A stretch of DNA of 59,312 nucleotides, the filler included, from Catajapyx aquilonaris (taxonomy: Eukaryota): the NCBI GenBank assembly GCA_000934665.2. It is 4 parts of 4 records of this genome, joined end to end, with 100 filler letters (N's around TTAATTAATTAA, not from the genome) between each part and the next. Parts side by side here need not be neighbours in the genome. Positions count along the whole stretch, not along the records: positions 14,877 to 29,622 come from JYFJ02007696.1; positions 29,723 to 44,462 come from JYFJ02007697.1; 2 more parts are not named here. One strand, given 5' to 3'. Position numbers and translations under genes: made by a program. Positions 18,981 through 32,534 of this stretch are shown piece by piece (the stretch's first letter is position 1; each line of letters starts with the position of its first letter). The notes under the pieces were generated by a model. The model was not told where the DNA came from and did no database searches. It was given only the letters and a program-made list of their open reading frames with translations.

Positions 18981-20603
18981 ATGGGCAACAAGAGCAAGAG
19001 CGTCCGCAGCAAGCACTGCAAGAAGATGAGGGCAATCAAGCGGGAGAGGTACGCCAAGAAGGAGCTGGACAAGCTGATACAGGTCGTGCAGGGCGGACAG
19101 ATCGACCAGAACATGGTGGAACTGGTCACAGGTAAATCATTAGCTAGACCACCAGGGCCTTCATTACCACTGTTGCATTTGGGCAATCTCGTTGCATCGT
19201 GAACTTTGCACTAGTTACAGGGAGGTTTTTCCCTCCCCAAAATCAATAGGGCAATGCGGTGCGATCACATGTTATTGTGAGTGCACTGCTGTTTCATATT
19301 TAGAGGAGGCGTAAACTTTGATCCACATATTTCTGGGGGGGAGAGTGCCAAGAGAGCCAATTTATTCCCTTTGATTCCAGCATAAGTTGAAGTTGGTTGA
19401 AGTAATAAAATGTTGCCTCTTCTGCACACTGCCATGTGTGGAGTGGATGAAGCAATCTCAACCATTTCTTAGTTGCAGGGTGGGTCTTGAGTAAGTGGCA
19501 TGTGCCTTCGTTAGTATCGTAGTGTATAGCTTTGGGGATTGGCAAGTGTTAGAAATGGCCAATGCAGGACGACGTGGGTATTTGTGAAAATGAAGACAAA
19601 GACTTTAGTTGGCAAAAGACCAACAGAGATACACGGCATTTGCTGCAAATTGTGCAAGGGACTGGGTTGAACAAGACCATCAAACAACATTCGCGAAAAT
19701 TGGAGAATCCTTAACAGCAATGTTGTGTTGACCACGAGTCTCTTTCTCTGTGGCAGTCAAGTCATGACTCATGCATGAAGTACCCATCTGGCAAAACAAC
19801 AACAACAACAACTGCCAATTACTACTCAAAATGTAGAATGCTTAATGTTGGTGGAATTCCTGTAGTTTATGCAGTTTCCTCGTATTTCTGGACAATCTTG
19901 TTCAACGCAATCTTTAACAAGTGTCGCACTTTGCTCATCTGTTGCTGTTTTTGGCCTCCCTGACTTCGGGTCATTGTGTATGCTTACGAAAACGAGGGTC
20001 CCAGCAGGAAACTGTACTCTGGTCTACTCCGTGGTCTATTCTTTGATCACCACAAATCTCATGTAAAGAATATGATTATCTGTTGAGTTCTTGCCGTGTA
20101 AAGTCGCAATCTTTATCAACAACCATTGATCTTCATGCTCGTTACGGTATCCGAGGCAGCTGCATTGACCATTTCTAGCACTTGTCAATCCACAACACTA
20201 CCCACTGCTTCCTCAAGACCCACCTTGCAACTGACTAAAGAATTGTTGAAATTGCTTCATCCACTCTATGCCTGTGTCTCGCTGTGCATTACTTTTGAAT
20301 TGGCCCTTGCATTTTATGGAAGTAATACTTGCAACATTAGGAAAACTTGATCATTGAAATCGACCCACAGCTGAAGAATTGCTGACGGGACGTGTGAGGC
20401 CAACCGAAGAAGAAGAAATGATGGACACTGACAACACAACATGTGGGAAACGAATCCCAACTCGCAAGGGCCTATCAAAGGGGAAAGCCTTTCCAACATG
20501 GATGAACCAGAGAAAAATCAGGAAGATTGTTCGTTCGCACGGCAGGAGCAAGAAGGGTCCTGGCAAGAAGGGGGGATCGAAAAAGAATAATAAACGCAAA
20601 TGA
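18981..20603 (+). CDS. LLPH: Protein LLP homolog
   Basis: Exons 18981-19131 (KSVRSKHCKKMRAIKRERYAKKELDKL) and 20371-20603 (FPTWMNQRKIRK, basic tail); phase-1 GT-AG intron. Confidence 0.88.
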
Positions 20604-21797
20604 TTCACAGTACAAAATATGTTTTAATTTATCTAGAAATAGTGACATAATTTTAATACGGTACCGGTTTTACACCGCTCCATTATTCGCTGGTTTTAAA
20701 ATTACATTTGAAATTTTTTTTATCTAAATTTTGTGAAAAATTTGAAGATAACACAATCGGACCATAAACACTTCACTACAACACTTGTACGTCCAAACAC
20801 ATGAACCTTAAAGGGTCTTCTTTTGTGTTTTGTGGTGTATTACAGGAGGTTCTATCAATACATACAGTACGCACGGTATTGTTGGTCTCGACACACGACC
20901 CGAAGTACTCTAGCTGTTGTTAAATACCCAACATGTACTACAGTTCTTGTCAAAATAAGGAAAGGATACATGGTGCTCAACCTGAAACCTCCCATTAATC
21001 AATTTTCAAATATTCAGCATGAAAAACAGCAATATTAGTACTGCCTACGGAAATTTTTTGGACATTTTGGAACCCATCTCATTTATTCACATTATAATTT
21101 GTCTTGTTTTATGCCTTTTCACTTTAAGCCTCGTTTTGCTGGAACCAATCTTAACGGCACAAAACGAGTACTTCCCGTACATTAGTTGTGTTCACATGAG
21201 TCAATATACACCATTTTACCTATAGGAGTTGTGTCAAGTGCCACAGATAATGTTGGAATTAATTCAAAGATTGGAATGCCATAGTGCTGCGTCCCATGTC
21301 TACAGCAGGGTTGCTACCTCCTGTGAGAATATCCCATGCTGAACAGATTTCTGCGTCATGCAACAGAAAACTGAACACGGAAAACTGTGCTGGGACCAAA
21401 CAAAAATGCCACAACGGATTGTTTTTGGCTGCATCACGAATCTGTAACATTGACAGGTTTCATTGCGGTATGTCGCTGATTCCACCTTTCTCCACATGTA
21501 ATAGTAGTGCCACTCCAGCAAGTAGGAGCCAACAGCTGTCAGGTTGATAAAAGATTCACATAATAAAGATAGGTGGAGTTTCTGACGGGCTTTCACAGCA
21601 TACTGTTCGATGGCAGGGATTCTTTGGTGAATATGATTGCAACTATGAGTTATTGTGGTTCCAGTTACACTAGAATGCCAGAAGCACTCCAAGGTTTGGC
21701 TCACTTCCACTATGGCTAAGTTAAGCCTACTTGACGCACAACCAATTCGCAAGCATGGCTGACTTGAGAACATAAATGAACTGAGAGTTGCGTAAAT

Positions 21798-24700
21798 TTA
21801 CCACACAAATGGTGCTTTCTCTCTAAGAACTCTTGTGCCCAACTTTCCCCACTCTTTTGGCCTTATCCAAAGCTCCTGTGCTGACTCAAGGCAGGACATT
21901 ATGGCAGCTCCTTTCCAGGCACTAATCTCAGGATTCAGGTCCTTTGGAGAAGTGATCACCTCCATTTGCTCTATGATTGGGGAAAGATAAATTAATCACT
22001 AATTGAAAACTACCTTATAGGCCGGCCTATCCAGTGAGATTATTTTGCAGCGCAGGAACAATAAATTAATTGTTCACTTTAATTAATGTACCACTGTGAA
22101 CAATGGAAGAAGCAGGAAAACAAAGGCAGATTAAGTGAAGCACAAGGAAATATGCATGGTCTCACTGATTATAACCTCTACTACCACATTGAATTAAGTA
22201 GTAGCTACTACTAACCTGATCTGTACTGGAAGGGAACCTGAAGAGTAAGCCTATTCTGAAGCCAGGTCCCAATCCCAGAGAACTTCAGTCCACCACCAAC
22301 CACCAGAACACATGAGTACATCTTCCTCTTAAGCTCCTCCGTTGCTGCAAGGCATATGCAGTCACTGTTACATATCCAAATCTCTTGTAACATAAAGTAA
22401 CCAGTGGCAATTCCTGTGCCATGTACTTACGGCATCTCTCAATACTGCAGAGCACGGCCTGATCCAAGCTGAGCAGCAGATCTGCAGAAAGCTCCTTGCT
22501 GCCCACTATATTTGGTGGCCCTGCAGCAGCCCCAGAAACTGCCCCATCTCCTCCTCCTCCACCCCCCGAAGCACCTCCTCCTGCGCTTCCTTGTGAAGGC
22601 ACATCCACGACCAAGTCCTCCTCCCCATCCCCTGCTTGGGTGTTGCCCCCATCATTTGGTGCGGTCTCTGCACTCCCTTCTGTGGCTTCTCTTGCACTTC
22701 TCCTCTGCATGAGACAAAAACACAATGAAAGCCATTGCTTATTTGCTGTAGTTCCACTCCATTGCCCAAGACTGATTGAGACATAGGAAAATGGTATGAA
22801 AACAGTAGATCAACGTAAGAAGAAATTCATCACTCACACTCGTCTCTCTAAGGAAGTTGACATCATGTGGATCCTCAGGGTCCCCCATGTTTGGTGCCTG
22901 AATCCTGAGTGCCTTTGCTCCAGTCAAGTGGAACAGTTCAGGTTGGAAAACTCCCAGAGGGGCAATGATGGCCTCGTCCCCAACTTGGATCTTGTACCTC
23001 AGTGGAGGGCCCTCCAACCCACCATTGTCAGCTTGGGGCTCAATAGTAAAGGAATGCTCCCTGGGTCCACACAAATCCAGGTTCACGTGACAGACGGATT
23101 CCTTGATCTGCGTGAGCAGCTCAGCATGAGGAGGGAAATCTGAGTGACAATTGGCCGGAAAAGAACTCTTCTGCAGGAGGTAGTGCAGTGCCTGAGTTAT
23201 GTCACTTCCTCCATACTCAAGGACAAGCTGTAACACAACAAGTAAATATACATCATCAGCAAGATCATACAAATATTGAATTTTACACTTATTAGTAGCA
23301 AAACGAATGCACGGTTAGTGAAAAGATGAATATTCTACTCATAAATTTATTACATCGCCGTTAGGATGATAGATGATTCTCACCCTTGTGTTTGGATGTG
23401 AGATCCCATCCTCCACACACGAGATTGACGTCTTCTGATCCCCAGCATCCACAACACATGCATATCCTACTCCTGCACCAAAAGTAGCCGCCACATGATC
23501 CTGAATCAAGAAGCAGCCACCAAAGCCTAATTGGTTGAGCAACAATGATGTCAGCTCCCTCAAAAATGTCCGTTTGTAAGTCACTGGTACGATAAGTACA
23601 CATCTGTAGTGCTTCAAATTGCCCAAAGGAATCTCCAATATATTCTGAAAGCAATGACTCCATATGGTTTCCAGGTCAGCCAACACTGCACGGAGTGACC
23701 CACCAACTCCTGGATGGATGTGGAGGTCACCACGTCTCATTGGAAAGTGGACATGAAATTCCTCCATTGGGTGGAGACGTAGGACATCATCGCCAATGAC
23801 GGTGTCACCCTGTGGCATGACATATTCACGGGACTCTGACATGTTGAGTCTATCAGGTTGGCTCCTTCGGTTGAAGGTGGCAATTTGTTGAGGAGGAGTT
23901 GCAAATCGACGAGAACCATCTGAACGAAGGCAGGACTGGAGTGTGTGCGATATCTGAATCCTTGCCTCCTCCACTTCCTGGAGCTTTCCTTTTTGCTGAG
24001 GAGAGAAAGTTTTATCAGTAAACATAATGCTGTATCACATTATTATTTGCTCATGGCAGGGAAAACATAGTAAAAAAATCCAGCTGGATTTCACGCAAAA
24101 GGCCTTAATTGTTGATTATGAGTTAATTAACAAGTTATAGCAGGGTTTCTCAACCAGGGTTCCACAAGAAATAGTGATGAACAGGCTAATCAAAGGAAAA
24201 AGTTCTTTTGAGTCATTACTTGATATATAATAATTTTAATGTAGGGGTTCCCTGATCAGTATTATTTTCAAGGTTCTGCAAGGTAGAAAGGTTGAGAAAC
24301 CGAGTTAAGAGTTAATGACAGTGGTCATTGTGGTGTAATCTGGCATGATTTGTTTTACTGACGAGTTCAGCGCTCCCCGTCCTGAAATATATTTTGCAAC
24401 ATATTTTATGGTAAGTGAAGTGGGGCAATTACTTTTAACTCCTTGTACCATTTTCATTACAAAATTATGCGTTAATTATTATTATTCAATGTTTCTCCTC
24501 TGCAAAATGTGCATTGGACCAATAGTAGCAACAATGTAGCTACTTGCCAGGTTCACAGTTGGGACAAGCACTGGATCAACATGTTTTGGCCTGTCACCAA
24601 ACTTCTTCCTGGCAATAGCATGAAGAATGCAGTGCGGGTTCAGGTCAGAAGCACGCCCAAACCGTAGGAAGTGAGATCCCGGGTGCAGAACGATGATGGC

Positions 24701-24962
24701 CTGAGACTGAATTGCCTGGAAAACAATAACTGACAATTACAGGTGCGTCACTGCAAAATTACAAGATGCACAAAAAAAAACAGACGTGACATTACACTGT
24801 TGAAACAGTAATTTTAACACCCCGTAAATATTATCTTCATTTGAGAAAATGAAATACTGATTGTTCAACAGTGATTCCCGCTGAAAATCACGGTTTCTGG
24901 AGGCTCCACTGCGGCATTGCATTCACCTCATTAACAGTACTGGCTTTCACTGTCGGCGGCAT
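21798..24962 (-). CDS. ACTR8: Actin-related protein 8 (INO80 complex)
   Basis: Exons 24962-24927, 24715-24548, 23995-23384, 23227-22838, 22704-22431, 22344-22216, 21970-21798. Motifs IIVLHPGS..LRFGRASD, VVDAGDQKTSISCVEDGISH, LEYGGSDIT, KRKMYSCVLVVGGG, AWKGAAIMSCLESAQELWI, LREKAPFVW*. Confidence 0.95.
24141..24303. mobile_element. Degenerate hAT-type MITE in an ACTR8 intron
   Basis: CAGGGTTTCTCAACC ... GGTTGAGAAACC ends. Confidence 0.6.
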
Positions 24963-27900
24963 TGTTGGTGGCCCGACTAGTGTTGCAACTGCCACGTCAC
25001 CAGTGCTCTACGTGCGGGTGCATGCAAGCAAGCAAGTGGAAGGGTCTGTCGACCTAACTTGCCTCAGAGAAGGACTCCTGAAAAGCCGGCATCCCGCTCC
25101 GCCCAAGCGAGTAGTTGTTGACGCCAGGCCTAACTTTGAATGGGCGCCGCCATGTTCACAGGTTGCCAACCCACAAACCCAGGTTTCTTAACCGTGCCAT
25201 TTACAGGCACAGCTTAAATATGTGCGAATATTTACACTGCACATTTAATTTGTTAAATATAATAATTCGCGTTGTGATTGTGGGATTGCCATCTGGTGCT
25301 GCCCTCTGTGCGCCTCTGTGGCAGTGCTGTCCTTCCCCCTGGCGGCGGCATAATGGGATCGACCATCATCTCGTGCATCTCTGTCCGTCCCTCTACCCTC
25401 TCCCCCACCCCACCCCTCTTTCCCACCCGCACCCGGTTGATGCTGTGAGGGGGTCTCCAGGTCCAGTGGTCCTCCGGATAGGGTCAATCGCAGGGAAAAA
25501 GAAGCTGTAGGCGAACATCCCTGCTGCGGCACAGGTAAGGACCATGCATTGTATTTAGGGGATAAAGAGAGCGCGAGAGAGGAATGGGACGGCGTGGGTT
25601 TGTTGATCCAGCATGACCTCTGCATGATGTAATACTGCACACACTTGAGCGAGAGGATTTGAACCCGGGGTGCATGACCAGTTTGATGGGATCAACGGGG
25701 GTCTGGCTTGGGCAGGTAAGAAGAGACCCTGTCTCTCTTTTTTGTGGGTGTAGAAGGGGGGGCCGGCCGAGGCATTGCCAGTTCATTGACCAAAAATGGG
25801 CGCCGGGAGGGATGGAGGGGAAAAGAAGCCCCATACTGGACGCCGCGCCGGGTAGGTCAGCAGCTTGGCAACTCCAGTACGGCGGGGGTTGCATTGTGAT
25901 TGTGGGGTGCATCGTTGGATTGGGAAAGGTAGAAAAGGGCGCGGGAAATACGATGCTTTGTCTGATCTGAAGGGGGTGAGGGGGGAAGATGAGTGACAAG
26001 GGGGGGACGAGTGGGTAAATGCATTTTGCTCGTAGGGGGATGTAATAAAATTCACAATTTCGAAACCGTAATCAAAAACCAGAGAAGGTAATCCATTTTT
26101 GTGGGGGCCGGGCAGAGTAACATACATGACACAGGCACAGGGGCAGGGGGAGTTACAATAAGAAGAAGAAAAAATGAATATCGTGGGCGCGAGTACAATG
26201 TCGTACAGTACTGTCGTCTTGTAGTTTCTGAGCGTAGTAAATTAGCTATATGCGCCTGCTCATAACAACGTAATAAACGTGATTTACGGCTAGTTGTGTA
26301 GGCGCAAGTTAAGGAGAAAATCGCCGATTACCTACTGCGCGAGGACATGAACGTTATCGGCAAATTTGGCTTTGTGCAATCTGCCCCTTAAAGATGTCCG
26401 TAAATGCACATTTTTAGGAAAGAAAAACTCCGTGATATGAAGTATGACCGAAAAGAATTTCTTCGTGAGGAAGATACTTTGTGGCGGATCCAGATAATGC
26501 TATCCGATTCTGGTAAATTCCGGGCTAAAACTCGTGCGGTCGTGTTATGTGCAGTAAACTCCTGAGGCGTCGGACAACCGAAAAATTCGTACAAGATTCG
26601 CCAAAAATTCCCTATGGCCTATGGTGTACATGGGGATTATTGACCCACTATACACACGTGATTCACCTGATTGTCCAACCTCCAACCCATCGGCGTCATG
26701 ATGTATTCAACATTTTGTCATGCCATGTGCGAAGTGCGATGATAAGAGGAATTGTTAGGAAACCGTGATGTGCAGTATTGTATTGTCTTATGAAAAAAAT
26801 GGGTTCCACATTTTGTGCCCTTTCAATTAGGAAATAGTTCTAGCAGCATCATGCTGCAGGATCAACGAACCATTATCATTACCTGCTGAAATGTGCATAT
26901 GAGATGCAGATCGAAATTATTGTTTTCCCATTGTTATATTGCCACCACCACTACTCCATTAGTATTGTTATTATTACGCAAGTAAGAGCTAGTTGGATTT
27001 GGCAGAAACCTGTTTTTTCCTCAAGGTAAATACAGAAAAGACCACAGCTGCAGGCAGAAACATCCTGTGCAGCTTATCTAGTTGGATGTGTACATTTTAT
27101 TCAAATTTGAAGCAGTTCAAAGTAGGGAAATCCAGTTGCAGGCGCATCACAGCCCATTTGTGATGCTGTAGGTGGTTTCACAGCCAATGCAATATTATAC
27201 TAAGCATCAATATATTTACATAACTATTGAAGTGAGCAACTGCGTTATCTAACGAAACCGCTATCAACCAACCTACCTTTGTTCCCAGAATGCCGTACAG
27301 AAATGGGAGTGTGCCTGCAGACATGTGTGAAGCAGTTAGCAGTAGCAGATAATGAGATATGCGTGATTCTGCATTAATTCTACTTAATTGGGCGTGGGGT
27401 ATCATTTAGCGTTTACATAATTAATTCGGGTCAAGGGTGTACACTACGCATTTTAAGTTTCGCAAGAGACTATAGCCATGGTTGTGGGTGCCATAATTAC
27501 ACAAAGAGACGTAGTAGTAAAGTGCTAAGGTGTGACTTGATTTGAACCAGATATTAACAGTAGCACTTTATCATTACCGTAAAGCCAAGCGTTTATCATT
27601 CTTTACTAATGGGCGCTAAAATGGTATTGACCCCGTACTCGACCCTGTCCTGAAGTGTCTATCAGACTGCGTTATATCACAGGGCAGGAATCATACAGTA
27701 TCTGATATCATTGTGTGTGATACACTTATCTTTTGGGCGACTCCCGTGAAATCACAGTATTTTCCCATGTTTACCGACACAAGTACCATCTACGAGTAAT
27801 AACAATGCAATTAAATGTTGACATTCGAATTGTATTACGCAATTCGGGATTACAGTGAGTTGTTGGCGGCCAGTATGCACTTATTTGATTGACAATTTGG

Positions 27901-29622
27901 CACTCTCTTGATGCCGAATTCAGGTCGTGTGAAACTACTATTCGCAGCTAATTTCATGCTCTTCATTAATTAAATTATAAATTGATGCTTTGCCCAATTT
28001 TGGTGTAATTCACTCGTTGAAATTATGCCAGAAATGCGCTTTTTTTTTGCAACGGGGATTTACGGATCTTGCGTTGAGACAGTTCAGGGCGTTGATATCA
28101 AGTACGTTACGCTATATTGCGCCAGATGTGATCTGAACGTGTAGGTTACACGTGCATGCATTACCTACAATCTACATAAATGTGTGCATCAAATATGCGA
28201 TAGATCATGAATAGCACGAATCGTCTTCCATCAACTGGAACTGCATTTTGGCAGCAAATAAGAGCCTTTTGTCACACGAGGCGCCAGGAAATTAGGGAGG
28301 CTATATAATCTCATCACCGATGTGGCGGCTGTCTGCCGAGCCCTCGTTGTTCTCAAACTGTGTGCCATTAGATCAATGTCTTGGTCCCCAAAATTGCTTT
28401 TGCTCCAGGAATAATGTTGCATGAGATGGGACTATCCCGAGGCAGGTACGGGGCCCAAATAGATTGCACAAGGTTGCATCCAGGTTAAAATTGACAGCTG
28501 CTTCTGCGTCGTACAATTGCGATGATGGGTACACTCTTCAGCAGACACGCGTCATACCTACATATCTGGAAATGCGGGTATCAATTCGTATTGATAAGAT
28601 GTACCGACAGATTTGTTGACCTTGGCTTAATTGGTGTACATACAGTACTGGACTTTATGTGTCCATGGACGTCACGACGGGGTTGATGCCAGCGTGACGG
28701 GCCGTCCGGCTAGACATTGTTGTCTGCCGGTTTGTACCGGCTTTATAGCGTCCAGGATACCAGTTTGGTCCGGTCCAGCATGCACCTAAGGCAAGGGTGA
28801 AAAAATTGCGTCTCGACAGGAAGTCCTGAAGAGTGCTTTGCTTCATACGTGCCCTGCACTCGCGTGACCGAATTTAGGGCGTCGTATGTGCACTTTCTCC
28901 GGGAAATAGCGGTTGTAGGACCGTGCCGGCGTCTGCAGGTTATGTGTCCACCGTGCCCATGACGGACATTGAACCAACTGGTAATAGCACCAGGATGTCC
29001 GCTTCTTTTGTTGCGATGCAGATGTGGGGATGTTCGTATTGAAATGAGACGATGGGACCTTGACATTCCTTTGTCCAGTCAACGCCGTGTGTTGCGTAAT
29101 TGGTCATTTTTGTAACAAAATTGTAGGTCCAAGGCTGCAACCTCGCAAACAGGTCTATAAACTCACGTGTCGTCTGACTACTGCCCTAGTTTCTTTTTTT
29201 AATTGAGGGAAAAAGTGGACCTGATAACGGTCAACCTTCTCCAGACATCGGACCTTTTTTTTTTTTTCTGTCTTGTTCCGTTGAAAATGGCACGTAGGCA
29301 ATGTCTGGGAACCAAGATGGCGAGGGGGTTTTCCGATAATCAGACAGGTGCACTCTGCTGGGTATACCCTGAACAAAGTGCTAGAGAAGCCTATCGATCC
29401 TCCGCCCCCATGTATATATACGTATAGCTGGGCTCCACCACCCCCCAACCCACCCAATCCCCATTCCCTGAGCAAAACGCATCCAACAACTGCGACCGTC
29501 TGTTTGGAGATCAGCGTCGTGCAGGACAGTTCACCTCTGGATGAGCCAGTTGCACTGACCAGTCTTCTTCTCCAGGTATGTCGCAGGTTTTATCCGGGGT
29601 GGGTGGGTGGGTTTGACCGCAA

Positions 29623-29722
29623 NNNNNNNNNNNNNNNNNNNNNNNNNNNNNNNNNNNNNNNNNNNNTTAATTAATTAANNNNNNNNNNNNNNNNNNNNNN
29701 NNNNNNNNNNNNNNNNNNNNNN
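29623..29722. other. Assembly gap with linker
   Basis: N-run containing TTAATTAATTAA. Confidence 0.95.
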
Positions 29723-30334
29723 CCAATATATTGGACATCAGGTCTCAGGAGGATAAGTGGGCATTACTCAATATTTTAAAATGTTCAAGCGGTGCATTTT
29801 TTTGTGCCAAAAATGTCGTCCAAACTCTACCTGTGACCTTCACATGTTTCACCAAATCCATAATGCAAGTAAAGTCCCCTTGCACAAAACGTGCAGCTGC
29901 TAAAAAGTAATTGTAAGTTGTGCAGGACAGAAGCAGTGCTGTGATGACTCAAAATTAGTCACATGATGCATCATTTTATTAGGCAAGACTAGACAAGTCA
30001 TGGTACTAAAGCACAAGCACAAAACTGCTCCAAATGGCCTCACTGTCCACTTTCGTACTTTTGTAAGACGTTTTGGATTGTGTGACTGGTCCATCAAATC
30101 CGTCCATCAGAAGTTAATTCTTCTAAGATAATTACATAGAAAAGTACGAATATTTACAGCATTAAATTTACTGTACATACTGTAAATCCCCCTCAGGAAT
30201 AATATTGAAAGGTAATTGTTTCTTTTCCTCTAAGCCAGTTTCGGCTAGGAAGTCTGATTTCTCCCCCAAAAGTTACTTTAAGAACTGAGATGAGTGGGTA
30301 CACAATATCTATGTGGATGAGGAAGTTTTAGTTA

Positions 30335-30696
30335 ATAATAGCTGCGGCACCCGGCGTTGCCCGGGAAGAAATGAATCCAGTAGCCCCGTCAAAATTTTTA
30401 TGCACAGAGAGCTGCCATGACAGTTTTCCCAGACGTTTTGGACTTGGCAAAAAGTGGACTTTTGCACGTGCCACCTTGTCCATCTGCTCCTGATTAAGCT
30501 GCCGGAGAACAATAGCTCCTCTCCGGCGCTCCCTCCTCCCACCTGCTCACAATCTGGATCTACTCTAATCCCACTTCAGCTGCAACCCCTCCCGTCCTTC
30601 CCACCCGGACCGCAGATGGCAGGCAAATGACGGTTGGCACGCAGACAGAAAGACAGACAGACAGACAGACTCACAAACGGCCTTATTTATATAGAT
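30335..30696 (+). mobile_element. Non-autonomous Helitron/DINE-like element
   Basis: Short hairpin CCCGGCGTTGCCCGGG near one end; (GACA)n microsatellite and TTTATATAGAT at the other. This is the architecture of insect Lep1/DINE-type elements. Confidence 0.65.
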
Positions 30697-30843
30697 AATA
30701 GATAATAAATTTCATGTATTAGGTCGATGAAAATGAAAAGAAATAAGTTATTTGTGTTTTTGGTTTTCTCCATTTATTGTCAAACGTGCTCATTTTTTCA
30801 CACATTCCAACTGCAGGGCTAGATAAAATTGCTTGGGCCTATT

Positions 30844-31011
30844 CTGCCGTCAGATGTAAGAAGACCATAACTCAAAAACTAGTAATAGCGAAAGTTTCAT
30901 GCATGCCCTGCACTAATCCCCTCTTGAGTCAGGGTGGATTAGTGCAGGGCACGCATGCGACTTTCGCCCATACTAGTTTTTGAGTTACGGTCTTCTTCCA
31001 TCTGACGGCAG
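30844..31011. mobile_element. Palindromic MITE
   Basis: CTGCCGTCAGATG...CATCTGACGGCAG; ~80-bp arms pair almost to the centre. Confidence 0.8.
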
Positions 31012-31253
31012 TATTGTAATTCACTGAAAACAAATTAACAATAATGGATTGTAACTCCTGAGCCAGTTCATGGCTGTTTAATAACCCTACAGCATGTGCT
31101 CTCATAAGCAACATGTGAAATGATAATCCTCTCCTCCAAACTGTGAATGGCATAACTGCCATTTTCCAAATAAATATCATACTTGTACTGTTAAGTGCAA
31201 CGTGCCTCTCCCAGATGCATGTGTTGAGCATTTTACAGGTACACTCTCATTCA

Positions 31254-31363
31254 GTTTCCGCTTATACAAGTGGAAAATGGGGTCCCTTTTCCACTTAAAA
31301 CAGCCCTAATTTCCACTTTAAAAGTGGAAAAAATATCAATTTTCCACTTGTATAAGTGGAAAC
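31254..31363. repeat. Nested palindrome of TTTCCACTT/AAGTGGAAA motifs
   Basis: gtttccgcttatacaagtggaaaat ... attttccacttgtataagtggaaac. Confidence 0.7.
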
Positions 31364-31642
31364 AGAATAATAAGAGTGTTGATTCTGAGTATACGAACAG
31401 AAATACATCGATCATAGTACCTGCTTCCCTTTGATAAGTAATAATGCATCTGATTGTGAGATATGATTGCACCTCACCCAGAAAACATCTAACTTGAAAA
31501 AGACACCAAGAAGTTTGTTATTCATGGGTGTCAACTATGCGTAACAAATTTCTCCAGCTCTTTTCCACACAGATGTTCCTGGAGGCACCTAAGATGACTC
31601 TTCAATCACCCTATCCACATAATACACTTCCATTTTTAATTG

Positions 31643-32372
31643 CACTGTACACCCCGATTATCCAGGCTAATGATTGCACGGTGTTGCCGGATAATTGGAA
31701 AATGGTCCTAAACATTGGAAAAACTGAGCTATTGAGGTTTTTAAGCACTACTGTATCAAGAGTATGCCGCTTGGTTTAATTTAAAATAAAACTTACCAAA
31801 GATTTTTACTTTGTCTTCTAGAAAAATTCTGCTATATTTCTTTGTTGTGTAACATATGGGCAGTGGGTGGAATTTTCGTCCCACTGCGAGTTATAATCTT
31901 AATAATAATTAAAATACGTAAAATATCTTTACATTACTTTACTCTGATGATGAAAAGAATTAAATAAAAATAGACAGTAAAACTGCCGAAAACTTTCTTC
32001 CTCTGGGTGAGATTAAAAGTAAGAAACAAGACCATAGGTGGGGGTTGGTTAGTGTCATAGGGATGTGTGATAATCAAATTTAATTCAAAACATTCGTGCT
32101 TTGGGGCTGGGAAGAATTAGGCAGATATCGCTTTTATGTACTCCTCCGACTCTCATACTCTGCCTAATTCTTCCCAGCCCCAAAGCACGAATGTTTTGAA
32201 TTAAATTTGATTATCACACATCCCTATGACACGAACCAACCCCCACCTATGGACTTGTTTCTTACTTTTAATCTCACCCAGAGGAAGAATAGTTTTCAGC
32301 AGTTTTACTGTCTATTTTTTATTCTTTGGTGATGCACAGATAATCTGCACCTGGATAATCGGGAGTACAGTG
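31643..32372. mobile_element. Non-autonomous TIR element containing a ~360-bp internal hairpin
   Basis: TIRs CACTGTACACCCCGATTATCCAG / CTGGATAATCGGGAGTACAGTG. Internal inverted arms 31963-32125 and 32158-32323. A lone similar end is present near 41181-41201. Confidence 0.75.
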
Positions 32373-32534
32373 TACATCTTTGACTAACAGCACAACTGAT
32401 CTGAATAGTATCACCTTGATGCTGACGCATTTGACTTATAATAGCAAATTACATCTTGTATAAAAATTATCAATTTTCATCTCACAGCACAATATTCTGG
32501 TCATTCCAGTTTGCCGCATGCACCAGCAACCTTA

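Noticed and set aside
14877..24962. Functional cluster of chromatin genes (ZZZ3 and ACTR8)
   Set aside because: They belong to different complexes and are interleaved with unrelated genes; nothing beyond ordinary housekeeping-gene density supports it.
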